Below, one piece after another: positions 1 to 13,039 of a stretch of DNA of 64,000 nucleotides (position 1 is its first letter; every line of letters starts with the position of its first letter). The notes below the pieces were generated by a model. The model ran no database searches, was not told the origin of the DNA, and saw only the letters and a list, made by a program, of their open reading frames with translations. Origin of the DNA: Camelus ferus (Eukaryota); assembly GCF_009834535.1 (NCBI RefSeq), contig NC_045707.1:46502001-46566000 (forward strand), written 5' to 3'. The translations under genes and the position numbers were made by a program.

Positions 1-2965
1 CTTCCTCACAGGGCTGAATTAGCCCTAAATTAAATGAGAGGAAGTTTCACTAAATTAAAGGAGACTCTGTGCAAAATGCTCACAAATCCATATAAAAGAG
101 CTCTCAACAAATGCTAATGTGATTAATAATATTATTAGTAATAATGAAAGTAGAATAATTAGAAATAATGAAAGAGGTCACACAGTGGGAAAAAAAAGGG
201 TACTCAGACAGAAGCAAGCTAGAGAAAGGGAAGACTCTCCACCATCGGGCCTGGGTGTCCATCAAGGCATCAAGGAAACTCCAGGAAGAGGGGAGCCGGT
301 CCCTCAGCCAGGCTGGCTGCAGGCTGAATCACTCTGTGCTGGGGAACCTCCCGCGGTGCTTTAGCAGAAATCACCAACCACAAAGAGGAAAAGGCTTTGC
401 AGGCCTAACAGGAAACAGGGGAAACAAAAGTAAAAAGGACAACACGGGGCCCATGAAAGGAAGAGCGTGAAGATGGGAACCAATGCAGAGTGCGGCCCCT
501 TTACTGGCTTCCTTAAAACAAACAACCCGGCATGAATATCGCCATGTTGTTCAGGTCGGCAGAGAGCGGGGCAGAGAAAGCTGCTGGGGAAGGGAGGCTG
601 ACAAGTGTTCTAAGGAAGAGTAGCTACAACTTGTGAACAGAAATCTGCCTAGTAGGGAGTGTTCCTCTTTGCCCTTTCCTGTCTAACACTGGAATTTTCA
701 AAAGGGGGCAGGAAGAAGCGACAGGTGGGAAAATCTGACGCAAAGCACTGAGATGTGGACCAGCCAAACCTCCCCTCCCAACACCTTTCCAAACTACTGC
801 CCTGAATCTCTTGTTTACATCTCACCTGACACGAAGAAAACCACGAAACCCACTGCCTCTCCCTGCTCAGCAGCCATAACCCTAGCAGGCTGGCTTTCGA
901 CTAAGGATGCCTTCCAGAAAGATGACTGGTGATGGGGTCACCCTAACCCCAGTGCTCTCAACCCTCTAAATTTCTGCTCTAGTGACCAGCTACCACTGTT
1001 GAAAATACTCTTCTCCTCTAGTTTCCAGCAGCTTCTTGGCCACCTTCATTGGCCATCGTATTTTTTTTCACTTCTTAAAATGAAGCTCTTCTACAAGATT
1101 CCATCCTAGGCACTCTTCCCTTCTTCCTTCGCGCCCTCTCTCCCACAATGTCACCTCCCACTAATGACAATGCTACAGAGATAACCCGTCATGCCCAGCT
1201 CTACTATCTCCCCACACTCTGGACCTGCCATTCCGACCACGGCCCAGGACCGCTCAGCCCGGAGGACCTGCTGACGCAGGCACCCGGACGTGTGTGAGAT
1301 GTCAGCAGGTCTTCCTGGTCTTTTTTAAGCTACTGCTTCTTTGTATGGTCCTGTGTACCGTTTCCAAGATAATCATAAAAATACCTATACTCGTGTCACC
1401 CCCTGCTCACAGTGAAGATCTTTATCTTCAGCAGCTCCGTACTGCCTACAGAATTAAGGGCAAAGTTTCCAGTCTGATACTCTCTTATGGCCCAACATGG
1501 TTTTCCAGGAATCCCTCTGGCTTGTTCCTGACCCATCTCTGGGTTCCATCAGGGCTCACTGATGTTCCCACCTGGGGCCTGTGAGTAACTTGTCATCCTC
1601 AGCACCCAAAATCGCCTCCCTGCTTCCACTCGTCCAAGTCCCACCCGTCTGGCTCCACGCCACACACTTGCTTAAATCCAACCGGATTGAATTCCTCTTT
1701 CATGTGGAAACACCTAGTGCCTTCTCGGACTTAGCGTGTCTGAGCTGGAAGGGAATCAGAGGACTTAGAACCTCATGACATTCTGTGCTCTCAACTTTCA
1801 ATCCCAGTGTAGATTAGCCATCTCCCTCCATGCAGGCAATGTGAGTCTCTCATTTCTCTTCTGCCCCTGCAGCCAGCAAAGTGTTTTGCCCACAGCAGGT
1901 GCTCAATAAATTCTACTTGATTTAGGGACAGTTTTGGGGAGGGAGAGCAAGTCTACTCACAAGTACAGGCAATACCTCTGGTCAGAGGGTCAGTCTATAT
2001 GAACCATTAAGCAGGATATGCTGACAACATGGAGACGTGGTCTGGAATCAGACACAACGTGAGGCTTGGCACTGGCCCCGAAAGGTGTCAGCAGGCGGCC
2101 CTGCGTATGACAAGGCTCTAAGGAGAACCTAGGAAGGCCTCCTGGATCTCGGCCTGAAGCCACAATGGTCCCAAGCAGAGGCCAGGTCTGTGGCCACTCA
2201 CAAATCTGCCAGCTTTGGCAGGAAATAGTCTGGCTGGGCTTTATCTTCACACCTCTCGTGAAGGAAAGACAGAAAGGGGAAGAAAGCGTGGGGGGAGTGT
2301 TTGAGAAGAGCTGAGAAGTACACTCAGAGGCCCCAACATGCATCTGAGATCCATCATTTCCTGTGACAGGGACCAGGTGTGACTCATGTTGGGGTCAGAG
2401 CTGAGTGAGGGGTGGGGACCAGACCCCTGTGTGGGGACATGAAAGGCAAGAGGAGGTGAGGTCAGGCGGGCACCAGACCAGGTGGAGGAGACGAGGGCAA
2501 GAGAAGGAGAAGCACATGGCAGGGCCTCTGGACTGAAGCAGGTCACTTTACCCCTGAACCGCAGCTCTGTCTGTGCAGTGGGACCACCACCACCTACTCT
2601 TCACGGAGATGCTCTGCCTCTTTACATCACACCTCAGCCGCTCACAAGGCATTTTCACACATATTCATAAACACTGTCTCATTAACGTGACTTGCCACAA
2701 ATCACACACGGAGGAAATGGCAGGTCTTGTCACATCAAGTTCACTCCTCTTCCCTCTGTGCCACAACTCGGAACACACAAGTACAAGTAGGAGGTCTTAT
2801 TATTTCCATTATGGCACAGATGGTATAGATCATAGATCCTGCAACAGGTAAATGCTCATAATAGCACAAAGGCACAGAAGCAAAAAATATCCCAACAGAT
2901 TTTAGTGTGACGAAAACAAAATCATCCTTGACAGTAACTATTATTACAAGCAGCTGAAGACTTAC

Positions 2966-3053
2966 ACTTTCGTTTTCTTTCGGTTCATGTGAAATGATTA
3001 AGTTGTCAATTACATCAAAATTTCTGCCCATGATGGTTATGTTTTGACCACCA
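2966..3053 (-). CDS. PLXNC1: plexin C1 exon 12 (IPT/TIG), 88 nt, phase 2/0
   Basis: (S)GGQNITIMGRNFDVIDNLIISHEPKENES; ttgcag|T and AGT|gtaagt. Confidence 0.96.
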
Positions 3054-4019
3054 CTGCAAGGGAAAAACAGTAACAGGAGTTTCACAGATAAACACACAGG
3101 TATTTTGCACTGATGAATAAACCTATCAATGTATTCATACTTAATATTAAACTCAGTTACATTGGAGAGAAAATTGATGAATTTTAATTGCAAATGCAGG
3201 ATGACTTTACAGGTCTTTTAATGAGCCTGGCCACAGGGTTAGCATTTTTAAGATACACAAATATAAAAATTCAGGTTTTAATTCTATGAAAATGCCCAAA
3301 TTCTTTTATAGAATTTTGAGTTCTGTTGTGTCATTCTGCCACATATAATGAGATCATCAGCTGTACCTTGAAAAGGGTTCACTAAACAGAATTTTGTTTG
3401 ATTTCTGTTTAATCTATATGAAGATTCTTCAATCTTACAATTTTCAAGATCAAACTCCCAACCTACCAATTACATTTTATGTAGAAAGACACGGAACACT
3501 TTGGACAAGGTAAAGTTATAAATGACATTCAAGTCTAAATTCCTATTTGGTAAACCATATAAATAACAGCTATGTTCATCTCTCCAAAACTAAGCCAAAT
3601 GCTTTCACAGATTCTTAGCACATAATTGCAGATAAGCAAAGTGGTCATTAGATGTGAAATAAACAGCTGTCCACAGGGTTACTAGACACTCATTCCAAGG
3701 GACAGGAGTCTGGGTCGGTCAGCTTCGTGGGCCAGCGGGGCCCATGAGTACAAGACCAGGAGGTGGGCATGAGCAGGCCAATTTGTGTAGGGCAGAGGGA
3801 AAACACTGAACTCTGAACCTTCCATCCATGAGGGTGAAGGCTGAGCTGGCCTCATGCCAGCCTGTTACAATTCCTAGAAAACCAAACCAACACGCTCTGC
3901 CAATGGCCAAGCTGCAGAGCCACACTCTTGCCCAGCAGTAACCGAGAGACACACAGAATGTCACAGGTGACAGGACATTAAGAAGCCTCTTATTTTATGA
4001 CAAAGCAGAACACGGGCGG

Positions 4020-4205
4020 CCCAGAGCACAGTACCCTGGGCCAGACTGCCTGGAGCTTGCATAAGTTGTTTGAATGCTCCATGCCTCAGTTTCCTCATCT
4101 GGGAAAAGGGCTCCCCTTGGGAGACTCCTTAAGCTTGTGAGGGTTTACTGAGTCAAGAGATATAACACACCAGGCATGGGGGAAGTGCCACATCAATGTT
4201 TACTT
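4020..4205 (+). mobile_element. MIR SINE fragment
   Basis: MIR core-like 'gggccagactgcctgg...tgcctcagtttcctcatctg...ttgtgagggtttactgag'. Confidence 0.7.
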
Positions 4206-4291
4206 CTATTTATAGAGAGAATTTAGACCCATGACAGAGTCCAAACCATGCTAGAGCCTTGGTTTGGAAATTTCAGTTTTCCTTATACCAC

Positions 4292-4661
4292 TGTTACAGG
4301 CCGAAGTGTTGAAGTCCCAGCCCCCAGTGTCTCAGACTGTGGCTGGATTTGGAGATAGGACCTTTAAAGAGGTAATGCAGGTTAAATGAGGTCATTAGAG
4401 TGGGCCCTAATCCAATATGACAGGTGTCCTCATACAAAAAGTAGATTAGGACACAGACAGGCACAGAGGGAAGACCACTGTGAAGACAGAGGGAGAAGAC
4501 AGCCATCTAGAAGCCTAGGAGAGAGGACTTGGAATAACTCAGGCCTGACAGCACCTTGATCTTGTACTTCTAGCTTCCAGAACTTTGATGACATAAATTT
4601 CTGTTATTTAACCCATCCAGTCTGTGGTACTTTGTTATGGCAGCCCCAGCAGCCTAATATA
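4292..4661 (+). mobile_element. MaLR solo LTR (MLT1A/B-like)
   Basis: 'ttggagataggacctttaaagaggtaat...gggccctaatccaatatgac...ttccagaact...ataaatttctgtt...gtctgtggtactttgttatggcagccc'; flanks accac/gccac resemble a 5-bp TSD. Confidence 0.85.
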
Positions 4662-5438
4662 GCCACCTCTCACATAATCTTAAATAAGAATATTAGAAGT
4701 GATTTTGCACTTTCTTTTTTTTCTTTTTAACAAAGCTTCATCTGCACATTCACCTAGACAGTACTTTGAAAGTTAGTTTCATGCTGTGTTAGGTGGAGAA
4801 AATATCTCTAGGGTTATATTCCAAAATCTCAATGTGAATTTAAATTCAACTAGGGGGAGAATTTTTTTCCCCTTAATATCACGGAGTTGTCTGAAAGGGG
4901 TTCTTTGGAATTTCCATATCTCACTTAGGGAGTATCTTTGAAACGTAGATACTGTTTTTAATTTAGACAGCTCCCAATATCTCCTCAAATTATTCAAAAC
5001 AGCTTATTCTAAAAGTTATAAAAGGAAAGATGTAAGAAAGAAAAGGTTTGGAGTCATGGGCAGGAGTGAAACATCGTGAAAAGGGTTATGTATTTGTATC
5101 GGAAACTTAGGCATGGTTACTTCAATCGAACATGTTTTGCAATGTGTAAGATTTACACGATCTGAAGAGAAACCAGAGTCTGAACAGACGTTTTAGCTGT
5201 GAGTTTCCCGGCAGCCATGGCTAAGAGTAAAACAGGATGGACTCACACTGTTTACTGTGATGAGGGGAAGCAAACTGTTTATCAGGCATGTGTTTGTTTT
5301 CTAAGAACAAATCCTAAACTTCTGCAAGGAGGACTTAGACATGACAATTATTTCTATGTTTATCTGAGTAAATTCCATGATCTTTATGCATGTGACCCTT
5401 TTAACCACAACGAGGGAAAAACATGTGCTAGAACATAC

Positions 5439-5618
5439 CTGATCCAGGTGGTGGCAGGATAAATGAGGGAGCAGTGTGGCAGGGCGATGTAAGACAAGGG
5501 TCCCACGGAAGAACAGTTCCCGCCATCAAACTGGATACATACATCCTTCATTTCTTTTCGGCTTGATGGAAGAGAGAACTTCATATGGGTGTCATTGAGC
5601 ACATGGCGAACCTGTATC
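5439..5618 (-). CDS. PLXNC1: plexin C1 exon 11 (IPT/TIG), 180 nt, phase 2/2
   Basis: (V)IQVRHVLNDTHMKFSLPSSRKEMKDVCIQFDGGNCSSVGPLSYIALPHCSLIYPATTWI(S); ttctag|G and AG|gtatgt. Confidence 0.97.
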
Positions 5619-6587
5619 CTAGAAAGGGGCAGAATGAGAATTCTTAAACGACACAGACGCTTAGCACAGTCAGTTACCTAAGGTGACAGGATATGAGTTT
5701 CACTTGAACTACAACAGCTCACAAACTATCCGAACAGCAGCAGGCCCCTGCCGATTAATCAGGGCCCACTTGTCCAGCTGGGGCATTAACTGGGGAGGGG
5801 TTCCTCTTTCTTTCATGCATTTTTATGTTTTCATCTGCATCCCCATGGGAAGTGGGGAAAGGAGATGTAACCATTTTCTTTATGAAGCACTGCTAGAAAG
5901 TGGAACGGACTGGGTATTAAAGTCTATTAAGGAATTACCATTAATTTTGTTGGGTTGATCATGGCACTATCTTTATCTGTGAGAGAGAAATCCTGAAGTA
6001 TCTCTGAGTGAAAGTACACGATGAGATATCCTGAGATATGCTTTAAAAACTCCAGCCACCATCCTTCCCTCACTTCCAAAAATGCAGAGGAGATATATGA
6101 AACAATACTGGCAACACGCTAAGTTCTGAAGCTGGAGGATGAGTACAGAGAGGTTCGTGACATTCTTCTCTCTTGCGTGTGGCTGGAAATTGCCATAGTG
6201 AAAAGCTTGAAAAAAAAGAAGTCCCAGTCAAACACTGGTGGGTAGAACCCAGCCCCGGGCAGGGATGGGGATTCTGCAGTTCAACGAGCAGGGAGCTTAA
6301 GACTAAAGTCTACGCCAAGAGCCCAGGGTCTCAGGATGAATCAGCACCAGAGCCAAGCTGCCTCTCGAGCCCCTCCAGGCTGGCACTGAGCTGGGACTGT
6401 CCTGGGTGCTCCCGAAATCTGCAGGGCGTGCCCTCCACACCCTTCAGAAGTCAAAGCAAAGCCTTCTGCCACATTCCCTCTGAAACTGCAGCCTCCTCTG
6501 TACATCACATCTACAGTGACCCTCTAAAGCACAAGTCATGAAGACGGAGTTTTGTCCAAATAATGCCCAGTATAATTAAGCTACATG

Positions 6588-6672
6588 AGAATCTATTATT
6601 ACCACTTAAAGGCTATGTGCATGATTATCAACTTTAATGCATATAGCCTTTAAAGTACTAATAATAGATTCT
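6588..6672. repeat. Long imperfect inverted repeat (about 35-36-bp arms, 14-nt loop)
   Basis: agaatctattatt-accac-ttaaaggctatgtgcat / atgcatatagcctttaa-agtact-aataatagattct. Confidence 0.9.
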
Positions 6673-8351
6673 AACAATAAGGCAAATTCAAAAAACATTC
6701 ACATCAGTCTGTACTTACATCACCTCAGATTTACATTCTAAGGTTTTATATTCAGAGCAAAGCTCTAGGAAATTCATTGTAAAATGGCTGATCGTTAAAA
6801 TTCAAACTTGTTTATCAATTTTGGAAGGAGACAGACAGAAATGTGGGTCATTCCACTACTATTCTTATATTTTTCTCTTCAGGATAACTAGACATTTTAA
6901 AATACCACCTTAAAAGATTTCGGGATTACGGCACGAACTCAGGTATAAGATTAACTGGGTATTATGTTTACTGCTTGTGAACTTGGGTTCACCACACAGA
7001 TGTGGTTACTGAGATGCTACATGCAGAAAGGTCTCTGAGTCGTTTAATCTAATAACTGCAGTATCTCAAGACACATTCAGAATTGAAATGAAAGCATAAA
7101 GAGTCAGAAACAGGGTAATGCTCTGAAAAACGGCTTATTTTCCAGTGAAGTTGATTGCCTTTCAGTGAACACACAGGTGTCTAACTTCACAGATTTCACT
7201 ACACAAAATAAAAGATTTTTGCAGCAAGGTATTTTGCCAGGATAAATGGTACAAAAATACCTATGTCGCATAGATACAGCCACTAATGTGCACTTGATAA
7301 TTTCAGTAAATAGTAGAATCTAGGAGAGCCCCCAGCGAGCAGCTTTTCCCATCAAAAGGACAGACATCCCAAATTTACTGCTAGGAACAGAAGGGGATGG
7401 CGGTTACACACCGCAAATGAATTAAAACAGAGAACTCAGTAAATAAGTGTGGCAGATTAAAATGCTGTACAAATCTATTTTCAGAGTTCCAACCAAGACC
7501 CCACACTTCAGTGGACTGCCTTCAATGCATTTCCATGATGAAAACCAGCTCAGTGTTATACTTCGTGTAGACTGCAACATCTTTTACTTCAAATTAACTC
7601 ACACTTATCAAGACTAACAAGCAGAAAGCTCAAATTATCTATTATGTTATTATTATTACAGCTCTTTGTGGGGGAAACATTTGCACAAGGGTGTTAGTCA
7701 AACACTAAAATTTTCTTCTCTCAAAGTTTCACTGAAAGGGTGTGTTAGGGGAATGGGGTCATAGAAATAATGATATTCAAACGGTACACGGGCCAGATAT
7801 TAGTGTTGGGGTGTTTTGTTGTTGTTCTTTTTTTTTTTTTAAACTAATATATGTTCTATTTAGTTATTATCTGAGCCTGAAGCTAATCCAATAAAGAAAA
7901 GGCTATGAAGAATAAAGTGGATCCCAAAGTTTCTTTTTCCAACTTTAGGTAATACATTGGAGGAGAGGCCATATTTTCCCAACAAATTCCAAGGTACTCA
8001 ACTAATTTTCTAAGTGGGTCATCTTCAAAATGATGTTTGCTCCTCAAAGTACTGGATTTTGTTAATGAAAACAAATCAAGGCACCACACAGGCAACATCT
8101 TGAAATTATTGTGTACTGATATTTCGGGGGTAACATGGGACAGATTCTCTCACAATTAACTTCAAATGCAGTGTCTAAATTATTTTACTTACTGAAATTA
8201 TGTTTCATCATATATGCAAACTAATTGCCTCACTTTGGCACAAGGGAAAAAACTGACTACATAAAGAGTAGACTCACAGTACTATCCCTTTGGTATAACT
8301 TTTAGCTTTTCACTACATTCCCAAGAATAAATGAGTAATATTTGAACTCAC

Positions 8352-8491
8352 ACATCCTTATCACAAGTACTGGTTCCTTTCAGAATCATTGTGATGTTAG
8401 ATGCCTGAGTAAAGTTTGCTCCTGTGACGATCACGTTACTTTTCCCTAAGGTCGATATTTTCTGTGGCTCAATGGACTTAATGTAGAAGAC
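8352..8491 (-). CDS. PLXNC1: plexin C1 exon 10 (IPT/TIG domain), 140 nt, phase 0/2
   Basis: VFYIKSIEPQKISTLGKSNVIVTGANFTQASNITMILKGTSTCDKD(V); caatag|GTC and GT|gtgagt. Confidence 0.97.
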
Positions 8492-10233
8492 CTATTGGAA
8501 ATAAAAGATTAAAACACAAGATCAAAGCTAAGAAATGGCATTGGCCCAAAAACTCTGTTTATGCGCTGCAGTTCGAAGAAATCACTGGGAAATTACAACA
8601 TTTTGCAAACACAAGCAGACACGTGTTTAATGAAATCAATGAATTCAAGGAAGAGTGCTGAAGATTCATGTCTCTCAACATGCGACAGCATGAGGTCAAA
8701 CCAATTAGTCTTTGTCTTCGCAAGACAGTTGAAAATACAGCTGAAGAGTCTGACATTCTGTCTGAAGAGCGAGCTATCACTCGAGTCTCAAAAATGCTGG
8801 CTGCCTCACAGCCTTGGGAGGCTCACAAAATCACAATACAAAGGGGAAGACAAGGAGTCCACTGACTATAAGTCGTCAACAGACTCATCATTAAGTTGGA
8901 ATAAATACCGTTCTGGATAAATTTAATACCCAAGAAGGCAGTTCCTATTTCATTTGTTTCAGTTAGGCTATTAGAATCAACGAGTATGCTGCAGGGGAAG
9001 AAAATCTCGAGAAATCAACCTGTTAAGCACCTAACGTCAAATAGCTGGATGCCTAAACTACTGTAGCCAACGGGTTCTACTCCACAGATTGCAGATACCA
9101 CCATCTCCTCCTGGGTACCCATTAAAAGCTCCATCAGGGCTTTCTTTATTGAGAAAGTTTCCCTTGGAATCACCTGATTACTGGGTCCCCATACCATGCA
9201 GATTTATGCACCTTACTCTATTTGCAATAAAATTCCCCCCTTAAAAAACAAGCCCTTTATTTGATGGCAAGAATCATTTTCCCTTTCAAAGACAAAGCAA
9301 TCTTGATTTCTTTCACTTTTCTCCTACAATGCTAATGTCTATCATTTTGACCATTTAGTTATTGTTTTGTAGACCATTTCTAGTAAGTCTATATTCTTCT
9401 ACAACATGGTAACCAAACAGGACAAGATTCTAAGACTCTAGCCAATATAAAGCACATATCTTTAACATGAGTGAATTTTCATACTCACACTCTTGATATT
9501 TGACAAGCCCCAGGTCCAGATACGCTTAATCACGTGAAATTTGGCCAAGTCATAAAACATCGAGTATATCCACTTAGAGAATAAATCTAGGAAGAAGCTA
9601 CTTAAGGCACTGGGAGAGCACCAGTCATGCCTCACACCTGCCTACCAGCTGCTTCTTGAAGAAGCCCCACTATTCCTGCTCCTTTGCACATATAATGCTC
9701 CTCACGATGGCCTTGCAGGCACTGCTGGGCTGTCCATCCCACTGAAAGGATGTTTCATCATTCTGCTCCTTGACAAACACAGGTGCTATATGGGAGAGCA
9801 GTCACCATTACTCATTATCACTATGGATTGGTTTTGCAGATTGAGGTAAATGCATCATTAATGTCATCACAGCAATGATGTAATGTGACAGAGAATTGAT
9901 TTCGGTGGCAGAATTTATTTTAATCACTTAGTAAAGGACTTTAGCCCTGTATTTATAGAATCACGAAGGGCCTGAAAGGGTCACTTTAATTATTCTGTTA
10001 GAGTTGACTGCATTTTATGGGGGAAATTATCTGCAAGAGTGGTACTTGGAATGGGGGGGATTAGCAAAGACTTCAAGATAAATCCCTTGCAAATGTCAAG
10101 TGTGTGTTGTATAGCAAAAGGCTTATACTCTTTGCTCTGACATGATGACAGCTAAGTGAACATGTATTTATTGAACACCTAGAGGATCCCTAGGACAGCA
10201 CTAGGTACTGTGGGAGACATATGCGTACTATGT

Positions 10234-10539
10234 CAGGAGTTGGCAAACTCCTGGATTTGCCTGGAGTGACCCAAATCCAGTCCATCGTGTGTTTTTGTAC
10301 AGCCCATGAAAAAATGTCAAAAGAACATTATTTCATGACATGGGAGAACACATGAAATTCAAATGTGAGTGTCCATAAATAACGTTTTTGGGGAACAGAG
10401 CCACGCCCACCATTTATGCATCGTCTGTCACTGCTTTCACGCTACAACGCAGAGTTGAGTCTTTGCAAAGAGACCGCATGGCTCACAAAGCCTAAAATGT
10501 TTGTTTGGCTCTTTGAAGAAGAGAATTTGCCGACTCCTG
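10234..10539 (+). mobile_element. MER58-type hAT-Charlie non-autonomous DNA transposon
   Basis: TIRs caggagttggcaaa ... tttgccgactcctg; internal 'agccacgccc...ctgctttcacgctacaacgcagagttgagt...gagaccgcatggctcacaaagcctaaaat'. Confidence 0.88.
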
Positions 10540-11899
10540 CACTAGAGGGGCCACTGTCTTCTTAGGGAGGAAAGATAGACTGTGTTTTTGTTTTATGTAA
10601 ACCTCAATGCAGACTCACATTTATATCCAAGTCAGCTATGATTTCTCAGGTTTCTTTCGAGATAGCCCTTCTCACTTCTTATATTTAAACGGTTGACATC
10701 TGCTCAAGCAAGATTTCAAACCGGCCAAGTAAATGCTACTTCTTTGCTCTCAGTAGAGAATAAAGAGAGCCTTATAACTAACCTAAAAAAGATTTTTCAG
10801 AAGGGGGTTATAGTTTGCTCTGCAGACACCATCAGAGGACCTGCCACATCACCTTATCAACTTTTTATTTCCCCTTGAGTAGAGACAGCCTTGCTACTTC
10901 AAAAGGATTTCATTTTAAAACCTCATTGTTTAGAGAAGTTTCCACTGGCTGTCTAGGATGGGATCCAGCCCGGCCTATCTCGTGAAAGCAGATGCTTCTA
11001 GTCCGCTTGCAAACAGGGTCAGATTAGTTGTCCTTTGTTTGCCTGGAGAACCTCTTTTAATCTTAATAAGTGAGTAAAAGAGCTACCAAGAGGACCTCAT
11101 TAAATAAACAGTGCAAGTATATAAGAAGAAAAAACACAGGGTACCTATATGGCTGTACTGTACAGTTGCAACAATTCTTAGAAATACAGTATTTTCTGTT
11201 CCTGTAATATTTACTGATAAATGTTTTCAAAATCCAGTACAGATAAAAGGGAAAGAATGATCTCACCACACACTCGATATCTTAGATCTATTTCTGTATT
11301 TTAATCAAGAGTTAATTCACAACCTGAAATGAAGTAGTGGGCCCCTTAAGCTGACACGTACAAGGGGTTAATTTAAAAACATAATCTAGCTTGGTGCAAA
11401 GAGATTATTTAGCTCTATAGTGAGATTCCTCCCTCATCCTATGTCCAAGGATTTCCATTTATCAAATCAAAATAACATTGGCTGTAACCCTTATAGCTCT
11501 GTGTTGTCCAGCAATTAACCTTAGAATAGTCCACTTCCTGTCAGTTACATTTTAAGGACTTAAGAGTTATTTTTTACAGGCTGTACAATTTTAAACTAAT
11601 AAAATACTATGTGCTCTGGTTGCTCATGAGTTTAAATCACTTCCTGTTTTGTATAAAAAAGCACATTAGAAACTGGTTAATTAGGTGATTACAGAATACC
11701 CAGTTTTTTGTTTTTTTTTAAACAAAGTCATTATAAGCTCCTGGAATTAGCAAAGAAATAGTTATCTTCGAAAAGGTCTAAGAGGATTACTCCTGACAGT
11801 GAGAGTACCTTTCGTGAAGTCTGACGTCAACACAATTCAAATTACCACGACATTAATGGAGAAGATACCACTATGATTGAAAAGAATATTGGAAAGAGG

Positions 11900-12310
11900 T
11901 ACATTAGAAAGGCTTAGTTTATTAAGGCCAAATTGTACTCTATTAATCTGTTTTTTAAAAAAATCTGAATATAGCAAAGCTCTCTGCAAGCCTGGACCTG
12001 AATCAACACTCAGTAAAACATCTCTCAGATTTTCAGTCGTGAAATTAGTTCAAACAGGACTGGATAAAAAGTCACATGGATTCAAAACCAGCTGGAAATC
12101 TGAAACCAAAGGACATTAGAGAGATGAAAGGTAGCACAACTAATTAAAGGAAAGTGCCCTGTAGGGCCCTACAGGGGTGAGTATCTGATTCAGAATTATT
12201 TAACATCTTTATTAATGACCGAGAAGGATCGAACTAATATATTAATGAAATGTATAAATTGAGAAGAGTGGTAGCCAGCTGTGGAGATGGTAAAGTGTAA
12301 AAGGAAGTGA
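11900..12310 (+). mobile_element. Ancient CR1/L3 LINE reverse-transcriptase fossil
   Basis: Degenerate frames give KLVQTGLD..., WIQNQL and LFNIFIND, resembling CR1 ORF2 'KL...GLD...WI.NWL...GVPQGSVLGPxLFNIFINDL'. Confidence 0.65.
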
Positions 12311-13039
12311 GACATGGAAAGAAAATGGCAAAATACCATTCTGCCAAAGAAAAATGAGAGCACTGAACAGAATGAAAAGGTTATATCCGCCTGATGTTCA
12401 GCCCCCAGGCAAATGCTCCTTCATGGGGGCCCCTGGGACTGGCCACATGGAACTTGGGATGTAACTGACACTCGGTCCCAGGAATTGTCAAGAGTCAGCA
12501 TGTCGACCGAGACAGACTGGAGACTTCCAGGAGAAGGTGACAGACCAAGGCCCTGTGCTGAGCAATCAAGGCTCACTTCCCCAACCTGGGGGACTTTAAG
12601 GTGAGGCTGCCAAGGCCAGTCCATAAAGTTGTTACTCTTGGTCACTGACCCTTCCGAATGTGGCTCCTCAGAATCGGACAGGTGCCCGGGACTCTGTGAC
12701 CAGGGAGGGCAGCTCCTCCTCCCCAGCAGAGACCTCTGCTTGCAAATTTAACCCCATCATTCAAAATCCACCCCTCTACCGAGTTTCAACTTCACCATGA
12801 GATTCTTGCTGCTCCCGTCCCCTGAGGGCCTCAGTTTCCCATCTTAAGCCTCTTCTGCTCTCCTCATCTTGGAGAATATGCCAGCCTTGCCTAGGTCTGC
12901 CGTCCTTCTCGTCCCAAGACTGGACATCTTTGTCCCACCCCAAGCCTGTGCACTGATGAGGCAGGCTCTGCCAGCCTAGAAGAGAAGTCCCTTCCAGAAT
13001 GACTTTTATCATCATTACTACATGGTCTAACACCTGTTT

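Noticed and set aside
1..2740. PLXNC1 exon 13 (VSEYC...) or another gene at the left end
   Set aside because: Could not find the expected coding sequence; it probably lies just outside the window
8540..8920. Overlapping protein-looking ORFs beside exon 10 (119 aa and 65 aa on +, 73 aa on -)
   Set aside because: No recognisable homology, an in-frame stop in the most protein-like frame, and no poly(A)/TSD of a retrocopy; tblastx and PhyloCSF would be needed to revive it
9530..9537. Isolated E-boxes (TCACGTGA here, GTCACGTGG at 63087)
   Set aside because: Single short motifs are expected by chance in 64 kb and have no supporting context
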